Assembly: GCA_965208215.1 (NCBI GenBank)
Contig: CBDBOH010000003.1
Span: forward strand, 1,338,129 to 1,402,128
Reading direction: 5' to 3'
DNA length: 64,000 nt
Source: Chloroflexota bacterium
Lineage (GTDB): Bacteria > Chloroflexota > UBA11872
Under the pieces are notes generated by a model that was not told the DNA's origin, did not search any database, and worked only from the letters and a program-made list of their open reading frames with translations. A program made the position numbers and the translations under genes. Position 1 is the stretch's first letter; each line of letters starts with the position of its first letter. Below are positions 57,402 to 64,000 of the stretch, one piece after another.

Positions 57402-58583
57402 TTGTCCTCAACGCCGAAAGTCTACGCACCCCTTCTCCATTGGCCTGCCCATCCCGTAGGGGTACCCCTTGTGGGTACCCATTGCCCCGGCAGCACGCAC
57501 CCTCCAACCACGTATCCTTCCCCCACCACATCACCGCCAATCCCGAATCCCATCCACTTCCCCTTCGCCCAATTCACCGGCACCCCCTACGACCTCGGCC
57601 TCCAACACGGCCAGCGCTTCCGCGACCTCGTCCGCCTCCAGCTCGCGGAAACCATGCAAGGCGCCGCGGACAGCGGCCTCACCGCCGCCGCCGCGCTCCA
57701 GTGGACCCGCCAGCAGCAACCTGCGGTCGAGGCCATAGGCCCCCACTGGATCGACGAGCTCCAGGGCCTCGCCCACGGCGCCGGCATCCAATTCGACGAA
57801 GCCCTCGCCCTCCAGCTCCGCCCCGGCGCCGGCGGCCTCCCCGAAGGCTGCACCTCATTCGCCGCCGTTGGATCCGCAACCACCGACCGCCAGACCATCT
57901 GCGGCCAGAACCGCGACCTTGGCGAGCCCTACCTCCACCGCATGTTCCTCGCCGCGTTCAGGCCCACCCGTGGCCCCCACATCCTCATGCACTGCGTGCC
58001 CGGCGAAATCGGCGGCGTCGGCCTCAACAGCCGTGGCGTCTGCGTCTTCGCCAACTCCCTCTGGGGCAAATCCGGTCGAACCTGGATGGCCCCGCCCATC
58101 CTCCGCCGCGCCGCCCTCGAAAGCGCCACGGCCGAATCTGCCACCCAGCGAATCCGTGCCATGTCCGGCCCCGCCGTCGGCAACTTTCTGGTCGCCGACA
58201 CCCGCCACGCCCGCAACCTCGAAATCCTGGCCGAAGGCCTCCACGTCACCGAAGTCGACGACGGCGTCTACGCCCACGCCAACAACTGCACCGCCTCAAT
58301 CCTCCTCCCCCACCAAGCCACCCGCCGGCCCCTCCCCTACTCCGAAGGCCGACGCGCCTCCCTACAAACCGCCCTTGAGACCCACTCCGGCTCAATCGAT
58401 ACCGATGTTTGCCGCCACCTCCTCAGCGACGAATCAGGCCGCCCCGAACCCGTCTGCCGCCCCTTCCGTTCCGGCGACCCCTTCGCCACCATCGCCGCCC
58501 TCATCGCCGTCCCCCACACCCAAACCCTCCACCTCAGCCACGGCCCCCCATCCAACAACCACTTCACCGCCTACCGCCTGTAG
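57402..58583 (+). CDS. Peptidase C45 / acyl-CoA:6-APA acyltransferase-like N-terminal-nucleophile hydrolase (start unresolved)
   Basis: Autoprocessing/nucleophile motif GCTSFAAVGS, plus conserved N-terminal region PYDLGLQHGQRFRD. The only upstream in-frame starts are TTG 57402 and GTG inside the REP. The N-terminus as drawn is a P/T/S-rich tract. Confidence 0.6.
   Translation: MSSTPKVYAPLLHWPAHPVGVPLVGTHCPGSTHPPTTYPSPTTSPPIPNPIHFPFAQFTGTPYDLGLQHGQRFRDLVRLQLAETMQGAADSGLTAAAALQWTRQQQPAVEAIGPHWIDELQGLAHGAGIQFDEALALQLRPGAGGLPEGCTSFAAVGSATTDRQTICGQNRDLGEPYLHRMFLAAFRPTRGPHILMHCVPGEIGGVGLNSRGVCVFANSLWGKSGRTWMAPPILRRAALESATAESATQRIRAMSGPAVGNFLVADTRHARNLEILAEGLHVTEVDDGVYAHANNCTASILLPHQATRRPLPYSEGRRASLQTALETHSGSIDTDVCRHLLSDESGRPEPVCRPFRSGDPFATIAALIAVPHTQTLHLSHGPPSNNHFTAYRL
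57456..57480. repeat. REP-like element GTAGGGGTACCCCTTGTGGGTACCC
   Basis: Lies inside the 5' end of the track ORF for the C45 gene. Confidence 0.75.
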
Positions 58584-58607
58584 GGGCGGGATTCAAACCC
58601 GCCCGTC
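58580..58607. repeat. REP-like element GTAGGGGCGGGATTCAAACCCGCCCGTC
   Basis: Its GTAG overlaps the TAG stop of the C45 gene. Stem GGCGGG/CCCGCC. Confidence 0.7.
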
Positions 58608-58641
58608 GTCTCCGCCATCCCGGCGTCCCAGGCCGTCTTCT

Positions 58642-58670
58642 GTAGGGGCGGCGTCTGAGACCCGCCCGTC
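58642..58670. repeat. REP-like element GTAGGGGCGGCGTCTGAGACCCGCCCGTC
   Basis: Same GTAGGGG head with a GC hairpin. Confidence 0.7.
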
Positions 58671-58842
58671 TTCCGCGCACCCAGCCACCCCGTCAAACTC
58701 ACAATCCCAGGCGCACCGACCTGCCCTACCCCTCCTGCCCCCTCTCTTTCCCACTCCTGGCCTCGCACCATCCGGTGGTGAGCCGCCCCGGAGTCCTTCG
58801 GAGGGGCGTGTCGAACCACACCCCCGTGACATCCCCCCGGTC

Positions 58843-58866
58843 GTAGGGGCCGGTCCCCGACCGGCC
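58843..58866. repeat. REP-like element GTAGGGGCCGGTCCCCGACCGGCC
   Basis: Same head. Stem GGCCGG/CCGGCC. The surrounding 58700-58990 region carries further short direct repeats (CTGCCCTGAGCT twice; GGTGAGCCG twice). Confidence 0.65.
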
Positions 58867-58992
58867 TCTTCCGCCCACCCCGTTCGTGGTGAGCCGGACC
58901 GCCGTCCCCGGCGACCCGTCGAACCTGCCCTGAGCTAGTCGAAGAAGGGCCTGCCCTGAGCTTGTCGACGGGAACCACACCCCCCGCCACCC

Positions 58993-61900
58993 TCACGCCG
59001 CCTGCGTCACCGTAATCGTCACCGTCGTCGTCGCCGACGGGCTGTCGCGGCTGGTGCTGGCTTTGATGGTGAGGCTGTAGCTGGACGTGGTGGCGTGGCT
59101 CAGTTGGGCGCCCACCGCCAGGGTTCCGGCCAGCGCGTCCACCGCCCAGTGGCCGGCGGCGTTGCCCGCCGTGATGTCGTAGACCACCGTCGCCCCTTCC
59201 GGATCCGTGGCCGTCACCGTCCCGATCTTCGTGCCGATCAGCACGTCCTCCGCCACGCTGAAGCTGTACGAGGTCGCCCCGAAGACCGGCGCCTTGTCCG
59301 GCTTCGTCACCGTGATCGAGATCGTCGCGGTGGCCGTCCCGCCGGCCGCGTCGCTGACCGTGACCGTCAGGCTATAGCTGCTGGTGGTAGTGCGGTCCAG
59401 CGTCCCCGCCACCGTCAGCGCCCCCGTGCTGGAGTTGAGCGCAAAGTCCCCGGCGTCATTGCCCGCCGTCAGCGCATAGGTCAGCGTCCCGCTTTCCGGG
59501 TCGGTCGCCGTCACCGTGCCCACGGCCGCCCCCACGGCCGCGTCGTCGTCCACGCGGAAGCTGTAGCTGGTCGCGCCGAACGCCGGCGCCTCGTCCACGT
59601 CCGTCACCGTCACGGCTGCCCCCACCGTCGCGCTGGCCGTGGCCGTGCCGCTGTGGCTGGTGGCGCCGACGGTCAGGCTATGGCTGGCGGTCGTCTCGTA
59701 GTCCAGCGCCCCCGCCACCGTCAGCGCCCCGGTCGCGGCGTCGATCGCGAACGTCCCGGCGTCATTGCCCGCCGTGATCGTGTACGTCACCGCCTCGCCT
59801 TCCGGGTCCGTCGCGCTGACCGTGCCCACGGCCGCCCCTGCCGCCGCGTCCTCCGCCACCGACCATGCGTAGCTCTCCGCCCCGAACACCGGCGGGAAGG
59901 CCGCGTTCGTCACCGTGATGGCCACGTCCGCCGTGCCCGTGTGGCCCGCGGCGTCGCTGGCCGTCACCGTCAGGTTGTAGTCGTCCGCCGTCTCGTAATC
60001 CAGCGTGCCCGCCACCGTCAGCGCGCCGCTGTCCGCGTCCAGCGCAAAGGCCCCCGCCTCATTGCCCGCCGTGATGGCATAGGTCAGGTCGCCGGCCTCG
60101 GGGTCGGTCGCGCTGACCGTGCCCACCGCCGCGTCCGTGGCCGCGTCCTCGGCCACTGAGAACTCGTAGTCCGCGGTCCCGAACGCCGGCGCCTCGTCCA
60201 CGTCCGTCACCGTCACCGTCGCCGTGACCGTCGCTTGGCTGCCCCCCGCGCGGGCCTCCACGGTCAGCGCGTGACTGGCGCTGGCCTCGTGATCCAGCGT
60301 CCCCGCCACCGTCAGCGCCCCGGTCGCGGCGTCGATGGCGAAGCCTCCGGCGTCGTTGCCCGCGGTGATGGCGTACGTCACTGAGTCCGACCCCGTGGTC
60401 GTGGCCGCCACCGTCCCCACGGCGGTGGCCGCGGCGCTGTTTTCGGCCACGCTGAACGCATAGGACTCCGCCCCAAACACCGGCGGCGGACACGCCCCGG
60501 TGGTCGCCGCCAGGGCCGTCGAGGGGGCGCTCCAGGCGTTGGTGTAGCCCGCCCCGCTGCCAAACGCCCGCACCTGGACCTCGTAGGCCGTCGCGCAGGT
60601 CAGGTCGGCCAGCGTGGTGCTGGCGGTGGTCAGGTCATCCGCCGCCGTCGTCCAGGCCTCGGCGCCGCTGGTCCGGGAGTCCACCTGGTACTTCGTGGCC
60701 CCGGTCACCGCGTCCCACCTGAGCGCCAGGCTGGTGGCCGCCGGCGTGGCCGCCACGTTGGCCGGCGCCGGCGGCGCGTCCTCCACGTCCGTCACCGTCA
60801 CGTTCACCGTGGTCGTGGACGTCAGGCGGCTGCCTTCCAGGACGCCGGCCCGCACCGTCAGCGTGTAGGTCGCCGTGGTTTCGTAGTCCAGCCAGTTGGC
60901 CACCACCAGCCGCCCGGCCAGCGCATCCACCGCCCACTGGCTGGCCGTATCGCCCGCCGTGATGTCATAGATCACCGTCCCGCCTTCGGGGTCGCTCGCC
61001 GCCACCGCGCCGATCGCGGCGCCGATCGGGGCGTCCTCCGCGACGCTGAACGCATAGCTGTCCGCCCCGAAGACCGGCGGCTCGTCCACGTTCGTCACCG
61101 TGATCGTCACCGGGACCACGGTGGCGGCCGCCGGGCCGCTGCGGGCTTCGACGGTCAGGTGATAGGTGGGCGCGGTCTCGTAATCCAGGGTCCCCGCCAC
61201 CTTCAACTCGCCGGTCGTGGCATCGATCGCCCACACGTCGTCCGTGGTGCCCGCCGTCAGCGTGTGCGTGACCGCCGCCCCGCCGGCCACGGTGGCCCGG
61301 ATCGTTCCGATCTGGATGGCGACGGCCGTGTCCTCGGCCACCGTGAAGGCGTAGCTGGCCGCCCCGAAGACCGGCTGCGGGGGCACGTCGAGTACCGTCA
61401 CGGTCACCGTGGTCGTGGCCGTGCCGCCGTGGGCGTCGGTGGCCGTCAGGGTCAGCGTGTAGCTGGGCGTCGTCGCGTGGTCCAGCGCCCCCGCCACCGT
61501 CAGCTGGCCGGAGGTTGTGTCCAGGGCAAAGGCGCCGCCGGTGGTGCCGGCCGTCAGCGCATAGGTCAGCGGGCCGCCGTCGAGGTCGCGGGCCGCGGCC
61601 GTCCCCACCAGCGTGCCCACCGCCGCGTCCTCGGCCACGCGGAAGGTCCAGCCGCCCGCCGGGAACAGCGGCGGCGCGCGCTGCCGGACCGCGTCGGCTA
61701 CCCCCACCGCCACCGGGACGCGCGAGACGCCGCCCCGCGCGTCCGTGGCCGTGACCGTGAGGCTGGCCCCGCCCGCCGGCAGCGTCCCGGCCACCGAAAG
61801 GACGCCGGTGCTCGCGTCCAACTTGAACACCCCGGCGTCGTTGCCCGCCGTGATGGCGTAGGTGACCGTCCCGCCGCCCGGATCGGTGGCCTGTACCTGG

Positions 61901-64000
61901 CCAATGGCCGCGCCCACCGGCAGCCCGGCCGGCACGATCCACTCGTAGCGCGGCGCCCCGAAGGCCGGGCCCGCCTGGCAGGCGGCCAGGCCCTGCGCCG
62001 CCGCGTCCGTGGTCGTCACCGCCGCTAAGGTCCCCGGCAGGCAACCCGTCAGCCGGGTGCCGCCCAGTCGCAGCTCCGTCAGCCGCGTCAGGGTCCCCAG
62101 GGCCTCGGGCACGTCGCCGGTCAGCGCGTTGCCGCGCAGGTCCAGCGCGGTCAGCTGGGTCAGGTCGCCCAGCGCCGCCGGCACGGGCCCGGTCAGGCCC
62201 TGCGCGCCCAGCCGCAGCCCGGTCACGCGCTGCGGCGTGCCGCCCACGGTCACCCCGGTCCAGGCGCTGAGCGCGCGCGTCCCGTCCCAGTTCAGGCGGC
62301 CGGGCCCGGCCAGCGCGTCGCGCGCCGCCAGCAGGGCCGCGCAGTCCTGCACCAGGCCGGTATTGGTGGTGGGATTGGGCACCGTGACCCCGTTGCTGCA
62401 CGGGGCCGAGGCCGGCGCCGGCCAGCTCAGCGTCACCGGCGCCGAGTGGGCCAGGGCGCCCGAGGCGTAGCGGGCCTGCACCCGCCAGGTGCCGGTGATG
62501 GCCGTCAAGGCACGCGCCCCGTAACTGGCGCCCGCGGCGCCCACCGGCGTCCAGACCCCGCCCACGTCGCGCTGCCACTGGTAGGTCGCCGCGCCCGCGT
62601 CGGCGGGCACGGCCGCCGTCAGGGTCGCGGTGGCGCCGGCCGCCGGCGAGGCCGCATCGACCGTCACCGTGGGCAGGGCGGGGGCGCCGGGGCAGGCCGG
62701 GGCCGCCGGCGGGGCGCCCGCCGGGGCGGCACTGATCCGCAGCATCAGGCGCTCGCCCGGCTGCCAGGGTTGCGTACACACCGGCCAGCGCAGCTCGTGG
62801 CCGCCCGCCGTGGCCGTGCGCGCGGCGGCGTCGCCGCGCAGCGTCAGCCCCACCGTGCCGTCCAGCCGGATCAGCTCCAACTGCTGGCCGGCCAGGGTCG
62901 TCCCGGCCACGTCCAGCCGCAACTGCCCCGCGTCCCAGGTCAGCCGCCGCAGGGTCGCGGCCGATGTGCTGGCCCCGCTGGCCCCGCGGCTCGCCGCAGC
63001 GGCCGCGGCGTCGCCGGCGACGCCGACCGCCGCCGGCGCCAGCACCCCCTGCGCGGCGTCCCGCCCGACCACCCCGCTGCCCAGCGCCGCCGGATCGAAG
63101 AACGCCTCGTGCACCGTCCCCGCCGGCGCCGTGACCGTGACGGTGAAATGACCGTAGGCGTCGTCAGGTACGAAATTGCAGACAAAGCGCGTGTACTGCT
63201 GGGAATTGTAGAAGACGTCGTACTCGCCGGCCGGCAATGGGCGCGCCGCGACCAGGAGGTGGTCGTAGCCGGTGCTGGCTTGGCCGTCGTCGTCGCTGAT
63301 TCGCACCTCGAATTGCGCCGCGTTCGGGCCACTGAGCCAGTAACGGCTGTACTCGGGATCGTCATGCGCATTGGTCCCGCGACTCAACTCGGTCGCCGCC
63401 GCCGACCCGGAGGGAATCGTCACTGCTTCCTGCAATGGCGTCCACGGGTCGGCACGGTTATATCGTTCACGGAGGACTCTGCCGTAGAGGCAGCCTGCGT
63501 ACCCATCAATGCCTTCCCCGGCCTTCAGTTCCGCCTCCATCGTCGCGATCCGGGCCCGCAGGTCAACGAGGGTAATGGTGGGCGGCGGTGATTGCGCGCC
63601 GTCCGTGATGAAGGACGTTGGTACCTCGCCCTCGGCCGGCGTGTCCTGCGCCGGCAACCAGGCCCGGCTCAGCGTGTCCACGCTGTAGGCCCACGGCGGT
63701 TGGTCGTAGTTCGATAACACGAACTGCCAGGCGGACGGGGTGTACGGCCGCGACGGCGTCTCCAGGAAGAGCACCGCCTGCCGCGCGTCCCAGGTCGAGA
63801 CCCGCGCCTGCACGGTCCAGTCCGCGAAGTCGCGGGCCTCGGCCTCCACCGGGTTCGCGTGCCGACCGCGCACCACCACCAGCAGGTCGGTTGGGCCGCT
63901 GCCCTTCAGGTACTCGTGCACCGCGAAGCGCAACTCCTGGACCGACAGGTAGGTGGGCGCGACGCCGGGGTCGCTGGGCAGCGTCTCCGTCGTCGCCGTC
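58993..64000 (-). CDS. Giant cell-surface protein with LRR, ~10 cadherin-like repeats and an FN3 domain (N-terminus beyond the window)
   Basis: Frame is open to the window edge, more than 1,660 aa. Leucine-rich repeats (LTGPVPAALGDLTQLTALDLRGNALTGDVP). Repeated ~100-aa cadherin-like units (PVFGAESYAFSVAED...VTYAITAGNDAG.FAID..TGALTVAGTLDYET...YTLTV.A.D). An FN3-like segment (LALRWDAVTGATKYQV). Stop at 58993. Confidence 0.85.
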   Translation of the reverse strand, partial: TATTETLPSDPGVAPTYLSVQELRFAVHEYLKGSGPTDLLVVVRGRHANPVEAEARDFADWTVQARVSTWDARQAVLFLETPSRPYTPSAWQFVLSNYDQPPWAYSVDTLSRAWLPAQDTPAEGEVPTSFITDGAQSPPPTITLVDLRARIATMEAELKAGEGIDGYAGCLYGRVLRERYNRADPWTPLQEAVTIPSGSAAATELSRGTNAHDDPEYSRYWLSGPNAAQFEVRISDDDGQASTGYDHLLVAARPLPAGEYDVFYNSQQYTRFVCNFVPDDAYGHFTVTVTAPAGTVHEAFFDPAALGSGVVGRDAAQGVLAPAAVGVAGDAAAAAASRGASGASTSAATLRRLTWDAGQLRLDVAGTTLAGQQLELIRLDGTVGLTLRGDAAARTATAGGHELRWPVCTQPWQPGERLMLRISAAPAGAPPAAPACPGAPALPTVTVDAASPAAGATATLTAAVPADAGAATYQWQRDVGGVWTPVGAAGASYGARALTAITGTWRVQARYASGALAHSAPVTLSWPAPASAPCSNGVTVPNPTTNTGLVQDCAALLAARDALAGPGRLNWDGTRALSAWTGVTVGGTPQRVTGLRLGAQGLTGPVPAALGDLTQLTALDLRGNALTGDVPEALGTLTRLTELRLGGTRLTGCLPGTLAAVTTTDAAAQGLAACQAGPAFGAPRYEWIVPAGLPVGAAIGQVQATDPGGGTVTYAITAGNDAGVFKLDASTGVLSVAGTLPAGGASLTVTATDARGGVSRVPVAVGVADAVRQRAPPLFPAGGWTFRVAEDAAVGTLVGTAAARDLDGGPLTYALTAGTTGGAFALDTTSGQLTVAGALDHATTPSYTLTLTATDAHGGTATTTVTVTVLDVPPQPVFGAASYAFTVAEDTAVAIQIGTIRATVAGGAAVTHTLTAGTTDDVWAIDATTGELKVAGTLDYETAPTYHLTVEARSGPAAATVVPVTITVTNVDEPPVFGADSYAFSVAEDAPIGAAIGAVAASDPEGGTVIYDITAGDTASQWAVDALAGRLVVANWLDYETTATYTLTVRAGVLEGSRLTSTTTVNVTVTDVEDAPPAPANVAATPAATSLALRWDAVTGATKYQVDSRTSGAEAWTTAADDLTTASTTLADLTCATAYEVQVRAFGSGAGYTNAWSAPSTALAATTGACPPPVFGAESYAFSVAENSAAATAVGTVAATTTGSDSVTYAITAGNDAGGFAIDAATGALTVAGTLDHEASASHALTVEARAGGSQATVTATVTVTDVDEAPAFGTADYEFSVAEDAATDAAVGTVSATDPEAGDLTYAITAGNEAGAFALDADSGALTVAGTLDYETADDYNLTVTASDAAGHTGTADVAITVTNAAFPPVFGAESYAWSVAEDAAAGAAVGTVSATDPEGEAVTYTITAGNDAGTFAIDAATGALTVAGALDYETTASHSLTVGATSHSGTATASATVGAAVTVTDVDEAPAFGATSYSFRVDDDAAVGAAVGTVTATDPESGTLTYALTAGNDAGDFALNSSTGALTVAGTLDRTTTSSYSLTVTVSDAAGGTATATISITVTKPDKAPVFGATSYSFSVAEDVLIGTKIGTVTATDPEGATVVYDITAGNAAGHWAVDALAGTLAVGAQLSHATTSSYSLTIKASTSRDSPSATTTVTITVTQAA
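59010..61900 (-). repeat. Intragenic ~290-300-bp tandem repeats encoding the cadherin-like domains
   Basis: Recurrent PVFGA(E/T)SY(A/S)F(S/T)VAED blocks at ~100-aa spacing in the translated product. Confidence 0.6.

Noticed and set aside
53387-57480. Possibility that the four identical 25-bp GTAGGGGTACCCC… repeats are a CRISPR array
   Set aside because: Spacing is irregular (2.6 kb, 1.1 kb, 0.3 kb). Annotated genes lie between copies. There are no cas genes. The architecture fits REP-type elements instead.

Overview
This is a high-GC (roughly 68-70%) bacterial chromosomal segment with about 60 protein genes, one tRNA and no rRNA, CRISPR array or transposase. Positions 1-38 kb are mostly core metabolism. 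This stretch holds the 3' part of the glutamate synthase large subunit, an amidohydrolase, SDR enzymes, tRNA-Lys(UUU), two ABC-2 exporters, an MMPL transporter and gamma-glutamyltransferase. It also holds standalone HisI, a GmhA/HddA/epimerase heptose-sugar cluster, Gfo/Idh/MocA oxidoreductases and a GAF histidine kinase with two response regulators. Scattered through it are glycan and sulfatase-type enzymes: two sulfatase-family proteins, a GH172/DUF2961 protein, a large FAD-dependent oxidoreductase and an NHL repeat protein. From about 40 kb onward the window is clearly accessory. A lower-GC DNA methyltransferase sits with a candidate restriction endonuclease. A 1.1-kb tandem duplication carries two paralogous secreted Cys proteins, each with a promoter and a conserved 260-nt leader. 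A toxin-antitoxin-rich island follows (VapBC, ParDE, PIN/AbrB, plus BrnTA further upstream at 15.7 kb). An NTase/HEPN cassette is inserted next to a dipeptidase gene and is flanked by a ~140-bp duplication of that gene's 5' end. A GIY-YIG / Cys-rich HTH-AbrB / PIN three-gene operon lies beside it. A family of REP-like GTAG-headed palindromic elements is spread over 53-59 kb. A Fic gene has densely nested palindromes in its promoter. The window ends in a >1,660-aa LRR, cadherin-repeat and FN3 surface protein that runs off the window edge. Most six-frame ORFs antisense to these genes are high-GC artefacts.
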